This document shows, piece by piece, positions 1-7,172 of a stretch of DNA of 44,977 bases. Position 1 is the stretch's first letter. Every line of letters begins with the position of its first letter. Position numbers and translations under genes: made by a program. Location: positions 1 to 44,977 of the IMG/VR virus record IMGVR_UViG_3300004633_000002. One strand, written 5' to 3'. The notes under the pieces are model-generated. The model saw only the letters and a list, made by a program, of their open reading frames with translations, made no database searches and had not been told where the DNA came from. The DNA is from a virus (Duplodnaviria > Caudoviricetes).

Positions 1-100
1 ACTGCGCTGGTGTGCTTCTACGTACGCGGCCAGGAGGACGACCTGGCGGCGCTCTCGCGGGCTGGTGAGGGCGACCTGTACCTGGCCGTGGTGATGGTCC
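1..100. repeat. Terminal direct repeat, copy 1 (assembly circularisation overlap)
   Basis: Identical to 44878-44977; an ORF reads through the junction in frame. Confidence 0.95.
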
Positions 101-135
101 GCGAGGTGGCCACCGCCGACGGCGCCTCCGAATAG
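1..135 (+). CDS. C-terminal part of a 66-aa hypothetical protein spanning the circular junction (starts at ATG 44812)
   Basis: Frame 1 TALVCFYVRG...DGASE* continues the ORF starting at 44812; stop TAG at 133-135. Confidence 0.75.
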   Translation, partial: TALVCFYVRGQEDDLAALSRAGEGDLYLAVVMVREVATADGASE

Positions 136-139
136 TCCC

Positions 140-346
140 GTGCAGGTCGAATGCCCCGGGCATAGCTATGTCCAATCGCTGCACCCATCCTTCGGCGGCT
201 ACTGCCCAATCCACGAGTTCGACTGGACGGAGTGCTGCAACTGTTGCACCGAGCGGCGCGAGGAGTTGCGCCGCATCGACCACCTGTACCGCCGCTACTG
301 GCAGCAAGAGGGCTACTCGTGGGCTGATCGCGGGAGGACACGGTGA
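140..346 (+). CDS. Small Cys/His-rich hypothetical protein (possible Zn binding)
   Basis: CPGH, CPIH and CCNCC motifs; tightly packed in the rightward operon. Confidence 0.65.
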   Translation: MQVECPGHSYVQSLHPSFGGYCPIHEFDWTECCNCCTERREELRRIDHLYRRYWQQEGYSWADRGRTR

Positions 347-612
347 GTGAGGCCTCCCGCCAGCGCTACCTGCACGTCACCAACCGGCTAGCTGAGCTTC
401 GCGCCAAGCACGGCGCCGAGGACATGTCAATACCGGATTGGCTGGATTCGCTTGAGGGATACCAGGCCAGCATCGCCCAGGACGCCCCGCCGCAGCCCAT
501 CCAGGGGCCTGCGGAAATCGAGGCGTCCAAAGAGGTGGCCGCACCGCCACCCCCACAGAATCGCCGCACAGAGCGATCTGGGGGCAAGCGGCAGCGAGGC
601 GCCGACTGGTGA
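343..612 (+). CDS. Hypothetical protein
   Basis: GTGA overlaps with both neighbours; GGAGG RBS. Confidence 0.7.
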   Translation: MSEASRQRYLHVTNRLAELRAKHGAEDMSIPDWLDSLEGYQASIAQDAPPQPIQGPAEIEASKEVAAPPPPQNRRTERSGGKRQRGADW

Positions 613-1907
613 AACCGAGTGTGCGCCAGCTTGCTGACGTGATCCAGTACTGCTGGCCGGACGTGGACATCATGCTCACCTTCGAGCGGTTGCACGAGAC
701 TGACAGTGGCGCCGTGCGCGGCATGCTGACGGTGGAGGCGACCGACCGGCGCAATGGCAACGCGGCGCACATCTGGTGGGCGGCGGTGTCGGTTACCACG
801 GCCGCCGACCGAAAGACGCTGACGGCCAAGCTGGACAAGGCCGCGCCTCGCGAGGGCGGCTGGGAGCAGGATGTAGACCGTTGTTTTCTGGATGTCTACC
901 AGCGGCATACCGCCGTGCCTGAGCCGCTGGTACTGAGCGGTGTCGAGGAGGCCGAGGAGGAAACGACGTACCTGATCGACCCGCTGCTGCCCGAAGGCCA
1001 GGTGTGCCTGCTGCTGGCCGACCAGGGCAGCACCAAGAGCTTCCTGATGCTGTACCTGGCGGCCTGCATCGCCCTGGGCCGCCGCACGATCTTCGGTGAG
1101 CCGAGCCGCTCGGGGCCAGTGGTGTTCTTCGACTGGGAGGTGGACGAGAAGACCGCCAACCGCCGCCTGACGTGGATCTGCCGAGGCCTGGGCAGCACGG
1201 TGCCCACGTCGCTGTACTACGTCAACATGTCCACGCGGGGGCGGCTGTTCGACCGAGTTCGCGACATGCGTCATATGGTCGACCGCATTGAACCGGTGCT
1301 GGTGGTGGTGGACTCGCTGACCTTCGCGACCGGCGCCGACCTGAACTCGGCCGAGTACGCGGCGCCGACGATGTCAGCGATTGGCTCGCTGGGCGAAGGC
1401 GTGACCAAGCTGGCCAGCGCTCACCCCAACAAGGCCAGCCGCAATGCCGCCGCCGACGACGATATCTCGGTCATTGGTTCGAGCCTGTTCGAGTACCGCG
1501 CCCGAGCTATCTGGCACATGCGGCGCGAGCAAGGCGCCAGGACGGCTCGCTTCGGTGTCAGCATGCGCCCCAAGAAGCCCTTCGACGGGCCACCCCTGAG
1601 GCCGCTTGCGTACTACATGGACTTCGACAACGTGGAGCACGCGGCCCGCTTCCAGAGCGCCAGGCTTGGCGACATGCCCAGCCTGGAGGCCAGCACGCTG
1701 CCAATCACGGCCCAGATCCGTCGCGCTCTGGCTCGCGGCGGCCGCCTGGATACCAACCAGCTAGCCGACCTGCTGGGCCAGCGCTCCGACGTGATCAAGC
1801 TGGAGTGCAACAGGATGTCCGATGTGTTCCCGTTTGCGCCCGGCGGCGGCCGAGGTAAACCCACCGTCTGGGAGCTTCGGGCAGAAACCGTATCTGATAC
1901 GGATTAG
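609..1907 (+). CDS. AAA_25/RepA-like replicative helicase/ATPase with C-terminal winged helix
   Basis: YLIDPLLPEG lead-in, variant Walker A ADQGSTKS, VVFFDWE, Walker B VVVDS, H-P-N-K and GS motifs typical of RecA-fold AAA_25 proteins. Confidence 0.8.
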   Translation: MKPSVRQLADVIQYCWPDVDIMLTFERLHETDSGAVRGMLTVEATDRRNGNAAHIWWAAVSVTTAADRKTLTAKLDKAAPREGGWEQDVDRCFLDVYQRHTAVPEPLVLSGVEEAEEETTYLIDPLLPEGQVCLLLADQGSTKSFLMLYLAACIALGRRTIFGEPSRSGPVVFFDWEVDEKTANRRLTWICRGLGSTVPTSLYYVNMSTRGRLFDRVRDMRHMVDRIEPVLVVVDSLTFATGADLNSAEYAAPTMSAIGSLGEGVTKLASAHPNKASRNAAADDDISVIGSSLFEYRARAIWHMRREQGARTARFGVSMRPKKPFDGPPLRPLAYYMDFDNVEHAARFQSARLGDMPSLEASTLPITAQIRRALARGGRLDTNQLADLLGQRSDVIKLECNRMSDVFPFAPGGGRGKPTVWELRAETVSDTD

Positions 1908-1993
1908 AAACGGTATCTGCCTTCGGCCCCCACCCCCCCTCTTAAAGAGAGGGGGGGCCGAACGGTTTGATACAGATACGGATATACGGTTTC
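1884..1993. promoter_or_regulatory. Putative replication origin: ~110-bp imperfect palindrome with CCGTAT(C)/(G)ATACGG iterons
   Basis: GAAACCGTAT...ATACGGTTTC, CCGTATCTG/CAGATACGG and TTCGGCCCC/GGGGCCGAA surround a central CCCCCTCTTAAAGAGAGGGGG, at the end of the helicase gene. Confidence 0.55.
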
Positions 1994-2008
1994 CGGAGGA
2001 GGTGAGAA

Positions 2009-2242
2009 GTGTTCATTGAGGTGCATCGCAAGAAGGACGGCTCGGTGTTTCTGCTGAACGCGGACGCCATCGAGTACGTCTCCGAGGGCATCATCGCCAT
2101 GCGCGGCGACACGATTGATCCGTACTACGTGCGGGAATCGCTTGCCGACCTGAGTCTGCTGCTCGATGCTCGGCGGTATACGCCACAACACAAAAGCCCC
2201 CCACCGGGTAGACCGGTGAGGGGCTTGAATGTGCGCGTCTAG
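2009..2242 (+). CDS. Small FlbD-like hypothetical protein
   Basis: FLLNADAIEYV...YYVRES pattern; strong GGAGGAGG RBS. Confidence 0.6.
   Translation: MFIEVHRKKDGSVFLLNADAIEYVSEGIIAMRGDTIDPYYVRESLADLSLLLDARRYTPQHKSPPPGRPVRGLNVRV
2192..2226 (-). terminator. Intrinsic terminator of the leftward operon (possibly bidirectional)
   Basis: AAGCCCC-CCACCGG/CCGGTGA-GGGGCTT stem with a U-tract on the minus strand, where convergent genes meet. Confidence 0.7.
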
Positions 2243-2568
2243 GCCTCGGCCTGGTTGAATGGAGCACCCCGCGCGGCGCGTGCCTTACGCACGTTCTCGA
2301 CGAGCTTGAGGTAGTGCTCCGGGTGTTGCTGGGCCATCTTGAACTGGCGCCTGGCCTCGCGCTCTGCGCGCATGGCGTTCATCTCGCGCACCAGGCGCTG
2401 GCGCGACTGGCTGATCGTCTCCAGGGCCAGGTCGACGCCCCTGGGCATGGGTGTACGACCCCGTTCCCAGTTGGCGATGGTGTTGGTATGGCAGCCCAGC
2501 AGTTCGGCCAGGTTAGCCTGGCTCAAGAACTGGGCCTTGCGCCACTTGTATAGCTCGCGTCCTTTCAC
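2239..2568 (-). CDS. XRE-family helix-turn-helix regulator
   Basis: LSQANLAELLGCHTNTIANWERG HTH; GTG start at 2568 overlaps the upstream stop (GTGA). Confidence 0.85.
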   Translation of the reverse strand: MKGRELYKWRKAQFLSQANLAELLGCHTNTIANWERGRTPMPRGVDLALETISQSRQRLVREMNAMRAEREARRQFKMAQQHPEHYLKLVENVRKARAARGAPFNQAEA

Positions 2569-2681
2569 GAGTGATCTCGCCTTCTGAAGAATGAGCGGAC
2601 GACGTGCACGATGCCTCCGAAGATGGCGATCCATGCGACCAGGCCGACCAGCAGGGCGGCGTAGGTGATCAGGTCGCTCAT
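2565..2681 (-). CDS. 38-aa single-TM membrane protein (not in ORF track)
   Basis: MSDLITYAALLVGLVAWIAIFGGIVHVVRSFFRRRDHS; ATGA/GTGA coupling on both sides. Confidence 0.7.
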   Translation of the reverse strand: MSDLITYAALLVGLVAWIAIFGGIVHVVRSFFRRRDHS

Positions 2682-2872
2682 TCGAGTGTGAGCGTGGCCA
2701 CCCTGACGGTGACCGGGCCTGAGGTGGCCTTGCGGCCCTTGTTGACCAGCGCTTTGCGCGCCAGCCAGCGGACGAGGTTCCAGTTGATGGCTACCTCGAC
2801 GGGTGTGCCGTTTTCGAGCACCCGCAGCTTGACTACGCCGGTCGGCCAGGCGCCGGCGTTACTGATGGTCAT
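2678..2872 (-). CDS. Hypothetical protein (64 aa)
   Basis: ATG at 2872 overlaps the upstream stop; GGAGG RBS. Confidence 0.7.
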   Translation of the reverse strand: MTISNAGAWPTGVVKLRVLENGTPVEVAINWNLVRWLARKALVNKGRKATSGPVTVRVATLTLE

Positions 2873-3150
2873 GACGTACCTCCGTAGACCCCAAAGAAGC
2901 GCCTGCAGGCGCAGCCTTCGACGCGGCAGGCCGTACCGGCTTCGCCGTGGTGGTAGTGGCGGCTCGGGCCGTGGCCGCACAGGCAGCGGCGCGGGTTGTC
3001 AGCAGGCGTTTCCTGCTGCATGTCCTGCCAGGCTGCTTTGAGCTTGGTCAGGACCACCAGCGCATCGTGGTTGTGGCCGCTGGTGACGTGCCAGATGGCG
3101 TCGTTGATGAGGTCGAATGCCCGCGCCTGGGCGTCGGTGGTAGTGGACAA
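2869..3150 (-). CDS. Hypothetical protein with C-terminal CxCxH..H..C..CxC zinc-binding motif
   Basis: CLCGHGPSRH...CRVEGCAC; TTG start preceded by the conserved AGGAGAGTAGTTCC RBS motif. Confidence 0.75.
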   Translation of the reverse strand: MSTTTDAQARAFDLINDAIWHVTSGHNHDALVVLTKLKAAWQDMQQETPADNPRRCLCGHGPSRHYHHGEAGTACRVEGCACRRFFGVYGGTS

Positions 3151-3195
3151 GGAACTACTCTCCTTTTCTGCGGAACAAGGTTAGTCCAACTGGAA

Positions 3196-4497
3196 CTAGG
3201 CGGCCGAGGCCTGGGCGATGAGTTCACCCAGGCCTCGGAACGCGGGGCTGATAACCGATTGGCCGAGGACCTCGTGAGCCTTCTTCTGGCTCAGGCCTTC
3301 GACCAGGGCGGGCGGGATGCCCTTGATGGCGGCGTGCTCGGCCGCCGTGAACAGGCGGGCCATGCCCGGCCGGGTCGGATGCGCCAGGCGCACGTCGCAC
3401 GAGCCACCCTTCTGGTAGCCACGCCGCAGCGTGGGGACGCTGGTGGCGTCGGCCTGCAGCACGCGGCGGCCTCGGCTGAAGCCGTTGCCGTTGGCCGCAT
3501 CGCGCGCGGCCTTGCGCTGCATGGCTGCCAGCGACTTCCAGCCACCAGCTTTGGCGTCGACGATCTCGCCTAGCGTGGTGTGCTCGCGGCGTGGCTGGAG
3601 GCTGGCCAGGTCGACGTCCAGGCCGCGTGTGACGGCCAGCAGGACCCAGCGCTTGCGGGCTTCGAGCGACCAGGCCGCGCCGTCGACGATGGCCTCGTGG
3701 ACCACGTATCCGAAGCGGCGCAGCCGGGCGCGGATGATGTTGGCGGTGGCGCTGGATGCGTACTCCGGCACGTTCTCCAGCAGGACCACGGCCGGCTGGG
3801 TGGCGCGGATGATTTCGAGGAAGCTCACGGCCAGGTCGGCCGTGGCGTCCTCGTCCTCCTGGCGTTTGAGGCCTTTTTTGGCCTTGCCCGCGCGGCTAGC
3901 TGAGACGCACGGCAGGCCGGCCTCGATGACGTCGACGGTGCCCAGGGCGTTCGGATCGACGTTGCCCAGGTCGTACTCGAAGGTGGTGCCGCCGGTTTGC
4001 AGCGGACCATGTTCGAGCGACTGGCCGAGGTAGCTGGAGTCGCGTTCGACCGCCCAGGCCATCTCAGCGTTGCCCAGGCCGCGCAGCAAAGCGTCGGAGG
4101 CTACGCCACCGCCGTGGCAGATCGACCCCAGGCGCAGGCTCTGACCGGTGGCCAGACGCGACTGGAGTCGACCCAGGCGCTCCTGGGTGGCCTGATCGAG
4201 GTGGTGCACGCTGACGTACACGGCGCCGGGTGTGAAGGCCACCTCGACGCGTTCGACGTCACCCAGTTCGCGGGTGATCAGGTCGACGACCGGTCGGCCC
4301 TGCTTGTGGCTGACTTTGTGGTCGCCGCTGGGCGTGAGCCGCAGGGTGAGCACGTCGCCGGCCACGCTTGACTGGTAGCGCACACCGGCGTCGAAGCCGA
4401 TGTCTCGCAGGCGTTTGCCTTCGAGCCACAGGCGTCGACCGCCTTTGTGGGATGACAGCCGGCGTTCGGCTGCATGTGGGAGAATGGCGGGTGCCAC
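3196..4497 (-). CDS. C5 cytosine DNA methyltransferase with extra N-terminal (SymE/AbrB-like) domain
   Basis: Motif I variant SICHGGG, motif IV GLPC, motif VI LLENV, motif VIII RKRW, motif X LGQSV. Confidence 0.88.
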   Translation of the reverse strand: MAPAILPHAAERRLSSHKGGRRLWLEGKRLRDIGFDAGVRYQSSVAGDVLTLRLTPSGDHKVSHKQGRPVVDLITRELGDVERVEVAFTPGAVYVSVHHLDQATQERLGRLQSRLATGQSLRLGSICHGGGVASDALLRGLGNAEMAWAVERDSSYLGQSLEHGPLQTGGTTFEYDLGNVDPNALGTVDVIEAGLPCVSASRAGKAKKGLKRQEDEDATADLAVSFLEIIRATQPAVVLLENVPEYASSATANIIRARLRRFGYVVHEAIVDGAAWSLEARKRWVLLAVTRGLDVDLASLQPRREHTTLGEIVDAKAGGWKSLAAMQRKAARDAANGNGFSRGRRVLQADATSVPTLRRGYQKGGSCDVRLAHPTRPGMARLFTAAEHAAIKGIPPALVEGLSQKKAHEVLGQSVISPAFRGLGELIAQASAA

Positions 4498-4582
4498 GGG
4501 AGACTACTCCTCCTGTTGGGCAATGGGCGGCCTGGTGCTTGATACGCCAGGCCGCCTGGTCTTGTGCTGCGGGGTGAACTCG

Positions 4583-4644
4583 GGCCGGGCTTGCCACCGG
4601 CCTGCCGCATTACGCCCAGGCCTATGCGGCCTGGGTGACTCTGC
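4583..4644 (-). ncRNA. Twister ribozyme A (P5-type permutation); predicted cleavage between 4612 and 4611
   Basis: GCA GA GUC [A-CCCAGGCC/GGCCUGGG-CG] UAA UGC G GC A GGCCGG UGGCAAGC CCGGCC; pseudoknot GUC/GGC; irregular P1 base. Confidence 0.8.
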
Positions 4645-5473
4645 GCTTGAACGACCGCAGCGAGCGGTCTTTTTTGAAGGTGAATCCGAAGCGATCCTCG
4701 ATGGCGATGAGTTCCTCCAGTAGCTCCGGTCGCTGGTCGGCGCCGACCTGCAGGTCCCCGTTGCAAGCGAGGACGCAGAACTGGCACGACAGCCGCTCAT
4801 TGCCGAACACGTACGCGACGTGCAGCGTCCATCCGTCCAGGGCGCCGGCGACGTCGCCGGCCTGGTACTGGCGGCGCCTGCGTCGAAGCTCGATCTCCGA
4901 GTGTCCGCAGGCTGCCAGGACGTCGCCTATCCGCCAGAACAGCAGCGGATGCCACGTCAGTGCAGTTCGCACGGTGTTGTCGATGCGACGCTTTTCCCAG
5001 GCCTTTTTCTTCGACCGGGCGGTCGACTCCTCGGCGCGGATGCCGACGGCGCATACCACGTTCGAGTAGCGTCGCAAGTAGGCGTCGATGGGATCGCGCT
5101 TCATGTCGCTGGTGCAAAAGCGATTCTGGCTATCCGACCAGGGTCGGGCTTGCTTGCCTTGGGCTTGCATGCGCTCACCCCGAGCGATCCAGTGGTCGAC
5201 CATGTCGCGTCCGTCCGAGCGGCGTACCACCACCAGCGGGATGCCGGCCTGGTCGGCCATCTTCTGGACGTGCCCCGGCGTCTGGCGCCACTCGATCCGA
5301 CCCAGGTCGGCGTGGATGGCGAACAGGTCACCCTTCCAGCCACGCTGCTTGTGCAGTGCGACCAGGGCGACCAGCATGGCCTGGGAGTCTTTGCCACCGC
5401 TGATCGAGATGGCGAGTGCCGCACCACCATCGAGTTGAGCCTCGATGGCCGGCGGGAGGGTTACTTGCTTCAC
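4622..5473 (-). CDS. Phosphoadenosine phosphosulfate (PAPS) reductase-family PP-loop protein (DndC-like family)
   Basis: SISGGKDS PP-loop, HADLG.EW, RFCTSDMK..PI, GIRAEES..R and RLSCQFC Fe-S motif. Confidence 0.85.
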   Translation of the reverse strand: MKQVTLPPAIEAQLDGGAALAISISGGKDSQAMLVALVALHKQRGWKGDLFAIHADLGRIEWRQTPGHVQKMADQAGIPLVVVRRSDGRDMVDHWIARGERMQAQGKQARPWSDSQNRFCTSDMKRDPIDAYLRRYSNVVCAVGIRAEESTARSKKKAWEKRRIDNTVRTALTWHPLLFWRIGDVLAACGHSEIELRRRRRQYQAGDVAGALDGWTLHVAYVFGNERLSCQFCVLACNGDLQVGADQRPELLEELIAIEDRFGFTFKKDRSLRSFKRRVTQAA

Positions 5474-5502
5474 TGACTACTCCAGTGAATGCGGGTGAGA
5501 TT

Positions 5503-5561
5503 GACCGGGCTTGTGACCGGTCTGCCGCATTACGCCAGGCCTGGCGGCCTGGTCACTCTGC
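5503..5561 (-). ncRNA. Twister ribozyme B (P5-type permutation); predicted cleavage between 5532 and 5531
   Basis: GCA GA GUG [A-CCAGGCC/GGCCUGG-CG] UAA UGC G GC A GACCGG UCACAAGC CCGGUC; pseudoknot GUG/CAC; irregular P1 base. Confidence 0.8.
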
Positions 5562-5894
5562 GTCTGGGCAGGAGTCGTAGTGAGCCACGATGGCGCCGTG
5601 GCTGGCGCATCCGTTGCAATGTGGAGCGAACTCCACTTCGGATTCCCATTTGCGAACCTGGGCGTCGACTCGACGAGCCAGCGACTTGCGCTTGAACCAG
5701 TCCGGGTCGGCCATCGACCGACCCTGGAGTTCCCAATAGATCAGGCGAGCGTTGTCTTCGAGTTGCTCGTAGGAGCCGCGCAGCGGACTGGGCTTGAATC
5801 CCAGGCGCTGCAGCCGGCTGACCACTTCGTACTCGCCCCAATCGTGTGCCCATTGGAGCCAGGCTTCGCAGACGTCGAATCGGTCGAAGAACAT
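5553..5894 (-). CDS. Hypothetical phage early protein (113 aa, MFFDRFDVCEAW...)
   Basis: ATG at 5894 in a TGATG overlap; C-terminal CxxC..H..C. Confidence 0.75.
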   Translation of the reverse strand: MFFDRFDVCEAWLQWAHDWGEYEVVSRLQRLGFKPSPLRGSYEQLEDNARLIYWELQGRSMADPDWFKRKSLARRVDAQVRKWESEVEFAPHCNGCASHGAIVAHYDSCPDAE

Positions 5895-6103
5895 CAGACC
5901 CCAGCCTCCGCGATCATCTCGTCGAAGATGGCGCAGTTGAGTTCGTGGAATCCGTAGGCGTCGGCCAGGCCGCAATCCGGGCAGGCCTGGCAGCCGCACA
6001 TGACGTTGCCTCGCCCGTCGACCGACCAGTCATCGTCTGAGCCGCATTCGAGGCAGGCGCCTGGAGTGACTGTGCGCCACCCGGTGAACACTGTTGTTGC
6101 CAT
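5894..6103 (-). CDS. Cys-rich small protein (69 aa)
   Basis: CLEC, CGCQACPDC and HELNC; ATG at 6103 after the conserved RBS hairpin. Confidence 0.75.
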   Translation of the reverse strand: MATTVFTGWRTVTPGACLECGSDDDWSVDGRGNVMCGCQACPDCGLADAYGFHELNCAIFDEMIAEAGV

Positions 6104-6132
6104 TGGAACTACTCTCCAATGCGGATGAAATT

Positions 6133-6188
6133 GACCGGGCTTGGAACCGGTCGGCCGCATTACACCGGCTGCGGCCGGTGTCCTCTGC
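6133..6188 (-). ncRNA. Twister ribozyme C (P5-type permutation); predicted cleavage between 6162 and 6161
   Basis: GCA GA GGA [CACCGGC/GCCGGUG] UAA UGC G GC C GACCGG UUCCAAGC CCGGUC; pseudoknot GGA/UCC. Confidence 0.92.
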
Positions 6189-6189
6189 G

Positions 6190-6486
6190 CTAGGCGATGA
6201 GCGTGCCCATCACCACGTATTCGTAGTCATCCATCCAGCGGACGAGCACGCCGCTGAAGAATGAGTCCGACTGGAAGGCATGCCAGCGACCAGGGGCGTT
6301 TGGTGGGACGTTCTCAGTGAAGTCGCCCAGGTCGTACGTGACACCCTTGAAGCGCACGAACTCGCGTTCGTCGAGTTCAGACTCGCTCAGGTAATCGAAC
6401 TGCTTGAGTTCGGCCGGGGTGAGTTCGTAGCCCCGTACGACTGGACGTGGCTGGTTGTTGGTAATGACGGTAATTTCGGTCGACAT
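6190..6486 (-). CDS. Hypothetical phage early protein (98 aa, MSTEITVITNNQPR...)
   Basis: YELT..E...FDYL, F.FKG..YDLGDF and SDSFFSGVLV pattern recalled from phage early regions; ATG at 6486 with GGGAG RBS. Confidence 0.8.
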   Translation of the reverse strand: MSTEITVITNNQPRPVVRGYELTPAELKQFDYLSESELDEREFVRFKGVTYDLGDFTENVPPNAPGRWHAFQSDSFFSGVLVRWMDDYEYVVMGTLIA

Positions 6487-6517
6487 CGTTCTACTCCCGA
6501 TGAATACGGTTTGAATT

Positions 6518-6573
6518 GGCTGGGCTTGCAACCAGCCTGCCGCATTTCACCGGCCGGGGCCGGTGTGCTCTGC
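6518..6573 (-). ncRNA. Twister ribozyme D (P5-type permutation, A^A site); predicted cleavage between 6547 and 6546
   Basis: GCA GA GCA [CACCGGC/GCCGGUG] AAA UGC G GC A GGCUGG UUGCAAGC CCAGCC; pseudoknot GCA/UGC. Confidence 0.88.
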
Positions 6574-6575
6574 GC

Positions 6576-6842
6576 TCAGTCCTCCCAGGATTCGCAATCG
6601 TCGAAGCAGGGTCCGCTGACTTCGATGTAGTCCCAGAACGTGCCGGGCAGCGACTCGCTCTCCCGAGCGATCCAGAAGCCCTGCTTGCGCGATCCCTTGA
6701 CTCGCTCGCCAGCGTCCCGGTACTGGTCGACGTGCCACATGGCACCGGCCAGTGCGGCCGACTTTGTCGGGTAGACGTCGTTGGAGTTCGGAATGTATCC
6801 GCCGGCCAGACCGGCGATGCAGTGAAAGTGCTTGGTGCTCAC
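6576..6842 (-). CDS. Hypothetical phage early protein (88 aa)
   Basis: GTG start after the AGGAGAGTAGTTCCT motif; stop lies 2 nt before twister D. Confidence 0.75.
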   Translation of the reverse strand: MSTKHFHCIAGLAGGYIPNSNDVYPTKSAALAGAMWHVDQYRDAGERVKGSRKQGFWIARESESLPGTFWDYIEVSGPCFDDCESWED

Positions 6843-6878
6843 TAGGAACTACTCTCCTTGAGTTGTGTTGGATGGGGA

Positions 6879-7139
6879 CTAGGCCAGCAATTCGACTGGC
6901 CAGAATCCAAAGTCCGACCCATCACCGGGGTGGGTACCGAAGTACGTGCCTTCTGGAGCCAGAGTGTCCAGGGCATCGATGAGTTCGTCGACGAGTTCGT
7001 CTGCCTCGGCCACGTTGTAGCCATAGGCTTCGTAGTCCTGGCGCAGCCGGTGGCTGGCTGGGAGTTCGGCCACGAAGGCCTGGATGAGGTGATCTGCCAA
7101 CAGAGTCCCGTGGCTCACGGTACCGATTGAGTACGTCAT
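6879..7139 (-). CDS. Acidic hypothetical phage early protein (86 aa)
   Basis: GTVSHGT...LI.AF and APEGTYFGTHPGDGSDFGFW motifs recalled from phage hypotheticals; conserved RBS motif. Confidence 0.8.
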   Translation of the reverse strand: MTYSIGTVSHGTLLADHLIQAFVAELPASHRLRQDYEAYGYNVAEADELVDELIDALDTLAPEGTYFGTHPGDGSDFGFWPVELLA

Positions 7140-7172
7140 TTGGAACTACTCTCCAAAATGCGGAGTAGGTTT

